Below, piece after piece: positions 49,988 to 60,141 of a stretch of DNA of 64,000 nt (positions are counted from its first letter, which is position 1; the number at the start of each line of letters is the position of its first letter). Under the pieces are notes generated by a model. It searched no databases, had not been told where the DNA came from, and worked only from the letters and a program-made list of their open reading frames with translations. The stretch covers positions 4,882 through 68,881 of the forward strand of contig DUOW01000011.1 in NCBI GenBank assembly GCA_012838635.1, in the 5' to 3' direction. Position numbers and translations under genes: made by a program. This DNA comes from Acholeplasma sp. GTDB taxonomy: Bacteria > Bacillota_I > Bacilli_A > ML615J-28 > CAG-698.

Positions 49988-51568
49988 ATGAGTCGCGCTA
50001 AGTTTGTTTTTGTAACTGGAGGAGTTGTATCCAGTTTAGGAAAGGGCTTAAATGCTGCCTGTTTAGGAAGATTACTTAAGGATAGAGGCTTAAAGGTTTT
50101 TATTCAAAAATTTGATCCTTACATTAATGTAGACCCAACAAACATGTCACCATTACAACACGGTGAAGTTTTTGTGACCGAAGATGGGGCGGAAGCTGAT
50201 TTAGACTTAGGTCACTATGAAAGATTTATTGATATCAATTTATCTAAGCACTCAACAGTTACCTCAGGAAAAGTTTATTTAAGTGTTATTGAAAAAGAAA
50301 GAAGAGGAGAATTTGGTGGTCAAACAATTCAAGTTATTCCTCATATAACTAATGCTATTAAAAAATTAGTTTATGAAGCAGCAGAAACATCAGGTGCAGA
50401 TATTGTTATTACAGAAATAGGCGGTACTGTTGGTGATATTGAGTCATTACCGTTTATGGAAGCAATTAGACAAGTTAGAAGAGAATTGGGATATGAAAAT
50501 ACGATTTATATTCACACAACTTTAGTTCCTTACCTAACAGCTGCTAAAGAATTAAAAACAAAACCAACACAACACAGTGTTAAAGAATTAAGGTCAATTG
50601 GTATTATTCCTGATATTATTATTTTAAGATCAGATCGTCCGATTCCTGAATCACAAAAGCAAAAAATAGCTTTATTTTGTGATGTAAAAGACGATAGAGT
50701 AATTGATGTTCCAGATTGTAAATCAATTTATGAACTTCCATATCTATTGCAAGCGCAAAAATTAGATACTTTAGTCTTAAAACATTTTGGAATAAAAACA
50801 AAACCTATTAATTTAAAAGAATGGAACGAAATGCTTCAAAGAATTAAAAATTCTAAAGAAGAAGTTAAAGTTGCTTTAATTGGTAAGTATGTATCTTTAA
50901 AAGACGCTTATCTTTCTGTTTATGAGGCTTTGTCTCATGGTGGATTCCATAATTCAGTAAAAGTTAAAATAGACGCTATTGATTCTTCAAAAATAACGAA
51001 GAAAAATGTTGATAAAACTTTAGCTGGTTATCAAGGAATTATTGTTCCTGATGGTTTTGGTCAAGAAGCACTAGAGGGACTTTATTTAAGTATTAAATAT
51101 GCTCGTGAAAATAAAATTCCATTTTTAGGCATTTCGTTTGGAATGCATTTAGCATTACTTGAACATGCAAGAAATGTTTTAGGTCTTAAAGAAGCAGATT
51201 CTTTAGAATTAAATTCAAATAGTAAAATGCCAATTATTACTTCAAGAGCAGAAGGTAAAATGAAACTAGGAGCTGGCGAAGTTAAAATTAAGAAAGATTC
51301 TTATGTTTATAAGATATATAAAAAAGACTTAGTTAGCGAAAGATATCGCAATCGCTATCAAGTTAACTTAGATTATGCAGATAAATTAGAAAACGAAGAT
51401 TTTGTTTGGAGTGGCTTTTCTAAAAACGGCACACCAGTAGCTTTGGAATTGAAGAATCATCCTTTCTTTATTGCGGTTCAATATCGTCCAGAGTTTAAAT
51501 CAAGACCAAACAGAGCTCATCCATTATTTGGGAAATTTATAAAGGTTTGTTACGAAAACAAGAGGTGA
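49988..51568 (+). CDS. pyrG: CTP synthase with degenerate glutaminase active site
   Basis: VTGGVVSSLGKG, QHGEVFVT.DG.E.DLDLG.YERF, KTKPTQHSV; GATase motifs altered to GISFGMH and QYRPE. Confidence 0.95.
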   Translation: MSRAKFVFVTGGVVSSLGKGLNAACLGRLLKDRGLKVFIQKFDPYINVDPTNMSPLQHGEVFVTEDGAEADLDLGHYERFIDINLSKHSTVTSGKVYLSVIEKERRGEFGGQTIQVIPHITNAIKKLVYEAAETSGADIVITEIGGTVGDIESLPFMEAIRQVRRELGYENTIYIHTTLVPYLTAAKELKTKPTQHSVKELRSIGIIPDIIILRSDRPIPESQKQKIALFCDVKDDRVIDVPDCKSIYELPYLLQAQKLDTLVLKHFGIKTKPINLKEWNEMLQRIKNSKEEVKVALIGKYVSLKDAYLSVYEALSHGGFHNSVKVKIDAIDSSKITKKNVDKTLAGYQGIIVPDGFGQEALEGLYLSIKYARENKIPFLGISFGMHLALLEHARNVLGLKEADSLELNSNSKMPIITSRAEGKMKLGAGEVKIKKDSYVYKIYKKDLVSERYRNRYQVNLDYADKLENEDFVWSGFSKNGTPVALELKNHPFFIAVQYRPEFKSRPNRAHPLFGKFIKVCYENKR

Positions 51569-51573
51569 AAATT

Positions 51574-52998
51574 TTGAGTAAAAATAAATATAATTGTATT
51601 ATTGTAGGTGCAGGCCCTAGTGGTATGTATTGTGCTTATGAGTTGATGTTGAAAAGACCAGAATATAAAGTATTGTTAATTGATAAAGGAAACGATATCT
51701 ATGATCGTAAGTGCCCAATTCTCCAAGGTAAGATTGATAAGTGCCCGGTAGATAAAAATGGTTATCACGGATGTAAACCAAGTTGTTCTATTTCAACTGG
51801 TTTTGGGGGAGCTGGAGCTTATTCAGATGGTAAATATAATATTACTAATGAATTTGGTGGTTGGTTAAATGAATATTTAGATGATGATGAATTAATGGAA
51901 TTAATTAACTATGTTGATAAGTTAAACTTAGAGCATGGGGCAAATCCAGAAATTACCGATCCTTATACTGATGAAGTAAGAAAGATTGAAAAGTTAGCCA
52001 TTGGGGCAGGCCTAAAATTATTAAGAAGTAAAGTAAGACATTTAGGGACTGAAGAAAATATTCAAATTCTTAAAAACTTCCGTGATGAGATGGCAAATCA
52101 TGTTGATTATCGCTTCCGTACAAAAGTTGCAGATTTGCTTGTTGAAGAAGACAAATGTGTTGGTGTTGTTTTATGTGATGGTGAAAAAGTCTATGGCGAT
52201 AATGTTATCTTAGGTGTAGGTAGAGATGGCTCTAGCTGGCTTGAAGAAGTATTACAAAAACACAACATTAAGTTTAAAAACAATCAAGTAGATATCGGTG
52301 TTCGTGTTGAAACAAGCAATATTGTTATGGAAGATATCAACACTCATTTATATGAAGGTAAATTTATTTATCGTTCAAGTGTTGGAACAACAGTTAGAAC
52401 TTTTTGTTCTAATCCGAGTGGACACGTTGTTGTAGAAAACCAAAACGGAGCTATTTTATGTAATGGACACTCATTTAGAGATATTAGATATGGTACAGAG
52501 AATACAAACTTTGCTTTACTTGTTTCTCATGAATTTGAAAAACCATTTAATAATCCAAATGATTTTGCTCATGCTGTAGCAACACTTGCTAATATGTTAA
52601 GTTCAGGTTCAGTTATTGTGCAAACATACGGTGATATTATTAGAGGAAGACGCTCAACAGAAAAACGCATTAAAGAAGGATTTATTCGTCCCACTCTAAA
52701 AGAAGCAGTTCCTGGTGATTTAGGGTTAGCTTTACCATATAATACAATGAAATCAATTATTGAAATGATGGATGCATTAAACCATGTAACTCCTGGTATT
52801 GCTAGTGACCATACATTATTCTATGGTGTTGAAGCTAAGTTTTATTCTGCTCGTCCTGAAGTTAATGAAAATTTTGAAACTAAAATTAAAAATTTATATG
52901 TAGCAGGAGATGGAGCTGGTCTAACTAGAGGTTTAGCGCAAGCAGGTGCAAACGGAATTCATATTGCCAGAAGCATTGCTAAAAAAGACAAAGAATAA
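51574..52998 (+). CDS. FAD-dependent oxidoreductase (likely TTG start 51574)
   Basis: VGAGPSG, GGAGAYSDGK, FCSNPSG, AGDGAGLTRG. Confidence 0.85.
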   Translation: MSKNKYNCIIVGAGPSGMYCAYELMLKRPEYKVLLIDKGNDIYDRKCPILQGKIDKCPVDKNGYHGCKPSCSISTGFGGAGAYSDGKYNITNEFGGWLNEYLDDDELMELINYVDKLNLEHGANPEITDPYTDEVRKIEKLAIGAGLKLLRSKVRHLGTEENIQILKNFRDEMANHVDYRFRTKVADLLVEEDKCVGVVLCDGEKVYGDNVILGVGRDGSSWLEEVLQKHNIKFKNNQVDIGVRVETSNIVMEDINTHLYEGKFIYRSSVGTTVRTFCSNPSGHVVVENQNGAILCNGHSFRDIRYGTENTNFALLVSHEFEKPFNNPNDFAHAVATLANMLSSGSVIVQTYGDIIRGRRSTEKRIKEGFIRPTLKEAVPGDLGLALPYNTMKSIIEMMDALNHVTPGIASDHTLFYGVEAKFYSARPEVNENFETKIKNLYVAGDGAGLTRGLAQAGANGIHIARSIAKKDKE

Positions 52999-53083
52999 GA
53001 TTACAAGCATTAATTAGATATCTAATTAATGCTTTTTTATTATTTAAAGAAAATATGATATAATTAAAAAGGAGGCTATAGTA

Positions 53084-53812
53084 ATGGATAAAATAAAAAA
53101 ATTAAAAAAGATTATTGAAGAATCAAATAACATTGTCTTTTTTGGTGGAGCAGGTGTATCAACAGCATCAGGTATTCCTGATTTTAGAAGTTCATCTGGT
53201 TTATATCAAGAAAAGTATAAAAACTTAAGACCAGAGTATATTATTTCTCATTCTTGTTTTATGAAAGATCCTGAACTTTTTTATGCTTTTTATAAAGAGA
53301 AGATGATCTTCCCTGAAGCAAAACCTAACTACGCTCACATTGCTTTAGCAAAACTAGAAAAAGAAGGCAAACTAAAAGCAGTTATAACTCAAAACATTGA
53401 TAACTTACACCAAATGGCGGGAAGTAGTCCAAGCAAAGTTGTAGAACTTCATGGCAGTGTTTATCGTAACAAATGTATGAAGTGTAAGGAAAAATATGAT
53501 TTGGCTTATATTTTAGATGCTAAAGGAGTTCCTTATTGTAAAAAATGTGGCGGACTTGTTAAACCAGAAGTTGTTTTATATGAAGAACCATTAAATAATT
53601 ATGATCTTGAAAGAGCAATTAACTATATTGCTAGCTGTGATACTTTAATTGTTGCCGGAACTAGTCTAACTGTTAATCCAGCTGCAGGTTTAGTTCAGTT
53701 TTTCAGGGGAATAAATTTTGTTATAATTAACTTATCAGAAACACCTTATGATTTTTTGGCAACTCTAGTAATTAAAGAACCAATTGATAAAGTTTTTGAA
53801 AAGGTAATTTAA
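53084..53812 (+). CDS. cobB: NAD-dependent protein deacylase (sirtuin)
   Basis: GAGVSTASGIPDFR, TQNID.LH, ELHG, two CxxC. Confidence 0.93.
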   Translation: MDKIKKLKKIIEESNNIVFFGGAGVSTASGIPDFRSSSGLYQEKYKNLRPEYIISHSCFMKDPELFYAFYKEKMIFPEAKPNYAHIALAKLEKEGKLKAVITQNIDNLHQMAGSSPSKVVELHGSVYRNKCMKCKEKYDLAYILDAKGVPYCKKCGGLVKPEVVLYEEPLNNYDLERAINYIASCDTLIVAGTSLTVNPAAGLVQFFRGINFVIINLSETPYDFLATLVIKEPIDKVFEKVI

Positions 53813-53869
53813 AACAAATATAAAGACTTATTTATTAAAAAATGATATAATGAGAAAAAGGAGAAAGAT

Positions 53870-54715
53870 ATGAGTCAAATACTAGATGGACAAATGGTTT
53901 CTAAAGAAATTAGAGAAAGAGTTAAAGAAGAAGTTGCTAGATTAGAAATTAAGCCTAAACTAGCAGTTATTTTAGTAGGTGATGATGATGCGAGCCAAAT
54001 CTATGTTCGTAATAAAGTTAAAACTTGTAATAGCGTAGGAATAATAGCTGAAGACTATCTTTTACCAAGTGATACAATAGAAAAAGAGTTATTAGATTTA
54101 ATTGAAAAATTAAACAAAGATAAATCGGTAAATGGGATTTTAGTCCAAATGCCACTACCAAAACATATTAATGAAAATACTGTGGTTAATACGATTTTAC
54201 CAATCAAAGATGTTGATGGTTTAAATCTTGTTAATCAAGGTAAACTTTTAAATCGCAATCCTGCTTTAGTACCAGCAACTCCTAAAGGGATTATAACTTT
54301 GCTTAAAAGATATTTTGTGGAGATTGAAGGTAAGAAAGTAGTAGTTATAGGAAGGAGTAAACTTGTAGGTATGCCTTTAGCATTACTATTTATCAACGCT
54401 AATGCTACAGTTACTATTTGTCATTCATATACAGAAAACTTAAAAGAAATTACAAAACAAGCAGATATTTTAGTATCTGCTGTTGGTAAGGCTAATTTTA
54501 TTTCTGGAGATATGATTAAAAAAGATGCCGTTGTAGTTGATGTCGGGATTAATAGACAAATGGGTAATATTGTTGGCGATGTAAACTTTAAAGAAGCAAT
54601 GGAAGTTGCCAGATTAGTAACACCAGTTCCAAAGGGAGTTGGACCAATGACAATTGCTAGTTTATTAGAAAATGTTTTAGAAGCATATGACTTACAAAAG
54701 CGTGATATCCAATGA
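53870..54715 (+). CDS. folD: Methylenetetrahydrofolate dehydrogenase/cyclohydrolase
   Basis: GILVQMPLP, KDVDG, VDVGIN, TPVPKGVGPMT. Confidence 0.96.
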   Translation: MSQILDGQMVSKEIRERVKEEVARLEIKPKLAVILVGDDDASQIYVRNKVKTCNSVGIIAEDYLLPSDTIEKELLDLIEKLNKDKSVNGILVQMPLPKHINENTVVNTILPIKDVDGLNLVNQGKLLNRNPALVPATPKGIITLLKRYFVEIEGKKVVVIGRSKLVGMPLALLFINANATVTICHSYTENLKEITKQADILVSAVGKANFISGDMIKKDAVVVDVGINRQMGNIVGDVNFKEAMEVARLVTPVPKGVGPMTIASLLENVLEAYDLQKRDIQ

Positions 54716-55278
54716 AACTAATAGTAGGCCTAGGAAATCCAGGCAAAAATTATGAAAAAACAAGACATAACATTGGCTTTATGTTTTTAGATGAAATTGC
54801 TAAAGAATACAACTTAACCTTTAAACTCCAAACAAAGTTTAAAGGAGCAATAGCTAACTTAAAATTAGACAATGATTATATTTTATTAAAGCCCCAAACA
54901 TTTATGAACTTATCAGGAGAAGCAGTAAAACTAGTTATGAACTATTACAATATTGCTTTAGAAGATATCTTAATTATTCATGATGAGCTTGCTTTACCAT
55001 TAGGAAAGTTAAAGATTAAACCTAAAGGTAGTAGTGGTGGTCATAATGGTGTTCAAAACATTATTGATAATTTAGGTTCTGAAGAATTTGCAAGAATAAG
55101 AATTGGAATTGATAATTTTAAAGAAGACATTATAGATTATGTTTTAGGAAAGTTTTCGCGTAAAGAAAGAAAACTACTTGATCCTATTTTAGAAGATGCT
55201 CCAAATATGCTTGCTTACTTTGATAAAAACAATCTAGAAAAATTTATGAGTTACTATAATACTAAATATAATGAATAA
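54712..55278 (+). CDS. pth: Peptidyl-tRNA hydrolase
   Basis: GLGNPG, TRHNIG, KPQTFMNLSG, GGHNG. Confidence 0.97.
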   Translation: MKLIVGLGNPGKNYEKTRHNIGFMFLDEIAKEYNLTFKLQTKFKGAIANLKLDNDYILLKPQTFMNLSGEAVKLVMNYYNIALEDILIIHDELALPLGKLKIKPKGSSGGHNGVQNIIDNLGSEEFARIRIGIDNFKEDIIDYVLGKFSRKERKLLDPILEDAPNMLAYFDKNNLEKFMSYYNTKYNE

Positions 55279-58200
55279 TATTTTAGATTTATTTAGAATT
55301 AATAATAATGTTATTTTGTATGAAGAAAGTTTAGAAAATAATTCATCTATTTATTTATATAATGCAGTAAACAATGCTAAGTATTTAGCGGTTTATGATG
55401 CTTATGTTTTAAAGCAAGAATCAGTTATTTATATTGCTTCAAACCTTTATAAAGCAAATCAAGCTTACAATGCATTTTTGCGTCTTGCAGGAGAAGAGAA
55501 TGTAGATTTATATGCCGTAGATGAAATTATCTCAGCTGATTTATTAGTAGTTAGTAATGATTTAAAAATAGAACGGATTAATACTTTAAAAAATATTATT
55601 GAAAAGAAAGTAAAAATCATAGTAACTCATGTTCAAGCAGTTTTAAAACCTTTAATTAGTCCAGAGCTATTTAGAAAACAAATTATTAACTTAAAGAAAA
55701 ACAAAATTATTAATCGCGAAGAGTTAATTAAACAATTAGTGATAATAGGCTATAACAGAACCCCCATTACTTTTCAAACGGGGGATTTTAGCGTGCGTGG
55801 GGAGGTCATCGATATCTTCCCTATTTTAAGTGAAAGGCCAATTAGAATTACTTTCTTTGATGATGAAATTGAAAGTATTAGGTATTTTGATGTTAAAGAA
55901 CAGTTATCTTCAGAAAAACTAGAGAGAATAGATATCTATCCTATCCAAGAATTAATATATAATGACGAACAACAAAAACAAGTTATTAAGAAATTAAAAA
56001 AATTTAATAATCCTCATCTTCAAGAGTTATTAAAAGATATCGAAAATCATAAAAATGATGAAAGAGTAAATAAGTTAATTAATTATTTTTATGATACACA
56101 AGCAAGTCTTTTAGATTATCAAAACACTTTAACATTTTATGACGAATATAACGATCTAAAGAATGTTTATAAAAAGATTTTAGTTGATATTCAAACTCAA
56201 AGAGAAAGTCTAGAACTAGAAATTGAATTACAATATACTCTAGAATATGAAGCGATTAATAAACCAAAACAAAAAGTTTATTTAGAGCAGTTCTCTCGTT
56301 ATATTGATGTTACTTTAGATAAGTTGATTGATCTTAATACTTATTCTATTATTGATTATCAAAATGATTTGAAGAATCTTGTTTTTGAGTTAAAACTAAA
56401 TAAACAAAAAACATATGTTTTAGCTTTTAAAACAAGCGAAAGATTAAAACTATTTAAAAAGATGGTAGATGAGAGTTTACAGTATGTAGAGCTTGAAAGT
56501 TTAGCGAAGATAGAGAAAAACAAAGTTAATTTGCTTGTTATAAAAAACGGAATTAGTTTTGGTTTTCTAGAAGAAAAGCTAGAAGTTATTTCTGAAGAAG
56601 ATATTTTTAAAGACTTAGCAATTAAAAAAGCTAAAAAAACAGTTACTTATCAAGGCAAAACTGTTTATGATAAAGATGAACTAAAATTAGGAGATTATGT
56701 TGTTCATTATGATTATGGATTAGCAATTTATGAAGGGATTAAAACAGTCGAATTAAATGGTTTAAAACAAGATTATCTTTCTTTAAAGTTTTCTAATAGT
56801 GATCTTTTAGTCCCAGTTGAAAGTATTAACTTAATTAGTAAATATGTTGGTAGTGAAGGAGTAGTACCAAAATTAAATAAACTTGGAACTAAATCTTGGG
56901 AAAAGAAAAGAAAGAAAATTAAAGAAAAGTTAGTAGATATTGCTACTGTTATTATTGAGAATGAAACAGAAAGAAGTAAGGCAACTGGCTATACTTATTT
57001 ACCCGATGATGAATTCCAAAAAATTATTGAAAGCGACTTTCCTCACGAAGAAACTTCAGACCAACTTGCTATTATTGAGAATATTAAAGAAGAGATGGAA
57101 AAAGGTAAAGTTATTGACCGTTTGATTTGTGGGGATGTTGGTTTTGGGAAAACAGAAATTGCTTTAAGAATAGCAGTTAAAACAGTTGTAAATAACAAGC
57201 GAGCAGCTTATCTTGCCCCAACAACAATCCTTTCTAACCAACATTATCATACTTTCAAAAGTAGATTAGAACCTTACGGAATTAGAGTTGAATTATTAAA
57301 CCGTTTAGTTCCGTTAAAAAAGCAAAGAGAAGTTATAGAAGATGCGAAAAAAGGTTTAGTCGATATCTTAATTGGAACTCATAGAATTTTATCTGATGAT
57401 GTTAATTTTTATGATTTAGGTTTATTGATTGTTGATGAAGAACAAAGATTTGGAGTTATGCATAAAGAGAAAATAAAATCTTTAAAAAGCAATATTAATA
57501 TTTTAACTTTAACGGCAACGCCAATTCCAAGAACTTTACATATTGCAATTTCTGGAATTAAAAGTTTGAGTTTACTTGAAACTCCTCCAAAAAGTAGATA
57601 TCCAATTCAAACTTATGTTTTATCAAAAAACGATACAATTATTAAGGAAGCAATATATCGAGAGCTAAATCGCGGAGGACAGATATTTTATTTACACAAT
57701 CAGATATCTACACTACACAAAACAGCTATTTATTTAAAAAGATTAGTTCCAGAAGCAAGAATAGTTATTGCTCATGGTCAAATGAATAAAGAAGAACTAG
57801 AAGATAATGTTGCATCATTTATTAATCTTGAATATGATATTTTGCTTTGTACGACAATTATTGAAACAGGAATTGATATTCCTAATGCTAATACTTTAAT
57901 TATTGAAAATGCTGATCACTTAGGTTTAGCTCAAATTTACCAAATTAGAGGAAGAGTAGGTAGAAGCGATAGAATTGCTTATGCTTTTTTAATGTATGAT
58001 AACAAAAAGATATTGACAGAAACAGCTTATAAAAGACTAGAAGCAATCAAAGAGTTTACAACATTAGGAAGCGGGTTTAATATTGCTATTAGAGATCTTT
58101 CTATTAGAGGAGCAGGAGATCTTTTAGGAAAAGAGCAATCTGGTTTTATTGATAGTATTGGTTTAGATTTATATTTGAAATTATTAGAAGAAGCGATTGA

Positions 58201-58678
58201 TGATGTAAAGGGAGTTACAAAGACTGAACCTAAGAGTTATAGTATTAAAGTTTCAAGGTTTGTAGATGATAGTTATGTTTCAGATGATGAGTTAAAGATT
58301 ATGATTCATAAAGAAATTGGCAAAATCGAATCTAAAGAAGATAAAGACAAAATTATTACCATCTTTACAGATAGGTTTGGCGAACTATCAGATGAGTTAC
58401 TTTTATATATAGAAAGTATTTACTTAAATGCTTTATTATTGAAATACGACATTGACAGGATTGTGGAAACTAAACTTTTTGCAACTGTCATCTTCACCAA
58501 AGAGAAAACAAAGCAATTAGATATGGAAAAGGTCTTTATGGTTGCTTATAATATTTCTAATGATTTTCATTTTGAATATAGACAAGATCAATTAGTTTTA
58601 AAACTAGGAAAAGAAGTTCAATCTAAAGATTGGATTTATACTTTCACTAATTTTTTTGAAAATTTGTCATATTTTTAA
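55271..58678 (+). CDS. mfd: Transcription-repair coupling factor
   Basis: CGDVGFGKTE, DEEQRFGV, TATPIPRTL, QIRGRVGR; pth-mfd synteny. Confidence 0.97.
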   Translation: MNNILDLFRINNNVILYEESLENNSSIYLYNAVNNAKYLAVYDAYVLKQESVIYIASNLYKANQAYNAFLRLAGEENVDLYAVDEIISADLLVVSNDLKIERINTLKNIIEKKVKIIVTHVQAVLKPLISPELFRKQIINLKKNKIINREELIKQLVIIGYNRTPITFQTGDFSVRGEVIDIFPILSERPIRITFFDDEIESIRYFDVKEQLSSEKLERIDIYPIQELIYNDEQQKQVIKKLKKFNNPHLQELLKDIENHKNDERVNKLINYFYDTQASLLDYQNTLTFYDEYNDLKNVYKKILVDIQTQRESLELEIELQYTLEYEAINKPKQKVYLEQFSRYIDVTLDKLIDLNTYSIIDYQNDLKNLVFELKLNKQKTYVLAFKTSERLKLFKKMVDESLQYVELESLAKIEKNKVNLLVIKNGISFGFLEEKLEVISEEDIFKDLAIKKAKKTVTYQGKTVYDKDELKLGDYVVHYDYGLAIYEGIKTVELNGLKQDYLSLKFSNSDLLVPVESINLISKYVGSEGVVPKLNKLGTKSWEKKRKKIKEKLVDIATVIIENETERSKATGYTYLPDDEFQKIIESDFPHEETSDQLAIIENIKEEMEKGKVIDRLICGDVGFGKTEIALRIAVKTVVNNKRAAYLAPTTILSNQHYHTFKSRLEPYGIRVELLNRLVPLKKQREVIEDAKKGLVDILIGTHRILSDDVNFYDLGLLIVDEEQRFGVMHKEKIKSLKSNINILTLTATPIPRTLHIAISGIKSLSLLETPPKSRYPIQTYVLSKNDTIIKEAIYRELNRGGQIFYLHNQISTLHKTAIYLKRLVPEARIVIAHGQMNKEELEDNVASFINLEYDILLCTTIIETGIDIPNANTLIIENADHLGLAQIYQIRGRVGRSDRIAYAFLMYDNKKILTETAYKRLEAIKEFTTLGSGFNIAIRDLSIRGAGDLLGKEQSGFIDSIGLDLYLKLLEEAIDDVKGVTKTEPKSYSIKVSRFVDDSYVSDDELKIMIHKEIGKIESKEDKDKIITIFTDRFGELSDELLLYIESIYLNALLLKYDIDRIVETKLFATVIFTKEKTKQLDMEKVFMVAYNISNDFHFEYRQDQLVLKLGKEVQSKDWIYTFTNFFENLSYF

Positions 58679-58731
58679 GGTTAATATAATAAATGACCGC
58701 TATAATATAAAAGAATAAAAGAGAAATTAAG

Positions 58732-59144
58732 ATGACGAAGAAATCAAGGTTATTAAAGTTTCTACAAATTCTTGGTTATATTGGATTATTTGCGGCAATT
58801 TTAGCAACGGTAATGCCGGCTATTAATGCTGTTTTAATCTTTTTAAAATCTTACTTTTAGCAATAGTATTTATTATTACTTTAGGTTTAATTTTATTAAA
58901 TGACCAATATCGAGCCCTATGGAAAGATATAGACTACATACCCTTAGATTTGTTTCAAAGATTAGGAAATACTTTCTATCCCATTGCAATTGTGTTAGGA
59001 GTACTTACACTAGTAATGGTGCTTGTTAAAGGGAAGCAATTGCTGGGCTATAAAAAACATTTGACAACTTCGGTAGTTTTAACAGGAGTTTCGATTTTTG
59101 GAATTATCCTTCATTATTTAATTTACACTAATGTTTATCGTTAA
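58732..59144 (+). pseudogene. Small membrane protein split by a single frameshift
   Basis: ORF 58732-58860 (MTKKSRLLKFLQILG...) overlaps a -1 frame open 58827-59144 with continuing hydrophobic sequence. Confidence 0.65.
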
Positions 59145-59238
59145 TGTTAAAGGTGTGTAAAATCAAACGAGGACTGTTGAAAAATTGGGTTCAAAATGTT
59201 ATAATATTAAAGGTGGGAACAATTTTAAAGGAGGAAAA

Positions 59239-60117
59239 ATGAGTAAAATTGCAATTATTACTGACGTAAACGCAGGTTTAGATTACATCGGTTACGATCC
59301 ACAAATCCCAACATTACGTTCTGTAATTAATTTTGGGGAAGAACATTTAGTTGATGGTATTGAAATTAAAGCTGATGAGTTTTACGAAAGATTAAAACGC
59401 GTAAAAAGCAAAGAAGATATTCCATCAACGTCAGCACCTACTTTAGGTGATATGATGATTATGATTGAAGATCATATTAAAAAAGGTTATACAGATATTA
59501 TTTTATATTCAATATCTTATAATTTAAGTTCTATTGGTCAAACTTTTATGACCCTTAAAGATGAGTATGCTGGTAAAATTAATCTTTATTCAGTAAATAC
59601 TAAAACAGCTACATATTTACAAGGATATTTAGCATTAGTAGCTAAAAAAATGGTCGATGAAGGTAAAAGCGTTGAAGAGATTTTAGAGTATACTGATTAC
59701 TTAATCGAAAACTCACACGCTTATTTTGTAGTTGATAGTTTAGACTATCTTGTAAAGAATGGTAGATTAGGTCGTTTTAGTGGTACTTTAGGAAGTTGGC
59801 TTGCAATCAAGCCAGTTCTAGAGTTAAACAAAGAAGGCGCTATTGTAACTTATGAAAAAGTAAGAACTTATTCAAAAGCGATTGATAGACTAAAAGAATT
59901 AGTTATTAACGAAATTGGTGATTCGCAAGATGTTTTAATTCAAGTTATCCAAAGTGGCAATATTGAAACTTGTAAACAAATTGTGAAAGAAATGAAAGAA
60001 TATTATGGTAATCGCGCAGAAGTTGGGTTACAATATATTACACCAGCAGTAGGAGCACACATTGGTCGTGACGTTGTTGGTATTGGTTATTATATTTTAG
60101 ATAAGTTCAAGAAGTAA
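59239..60117 (+). CDS. DegV-family fatty acid-binding protein (likely start 59239)
   Basis: KIAIITD, PSTSAP, L.YLVKNGR, IKPVL, VGAHIG. Confidence 0.92.
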   Translation: MSKIAIITDVNAGLDYIGYDPQIPTLRSVINFGEEHLVDGIEIKADEFYERLKRVKSKEDIPSTSAPTLGDMMIMIEDHIKKGYTDIILYSISYNLSSIGQTFMTLKDEYAGKINLYSVNTKTATYLQGYLALVAKKMVDEGKSVEEILEYTDYLIENSHAYFVVDSLDYLVKNGRLGRFSGTLGSWLAIKPVLELNKEGAIVTYEKVRTYSKAIDRLKELVINEIGDSQDVLIQVIQSGNIETCKQIVKEMKEYYGNRAEVGLQYITPAVGAHIGRDVVGIGYYILDKFKK

Positions 60118-60141
60118 TTAACAAAAGACAAGGAGGTAAAA

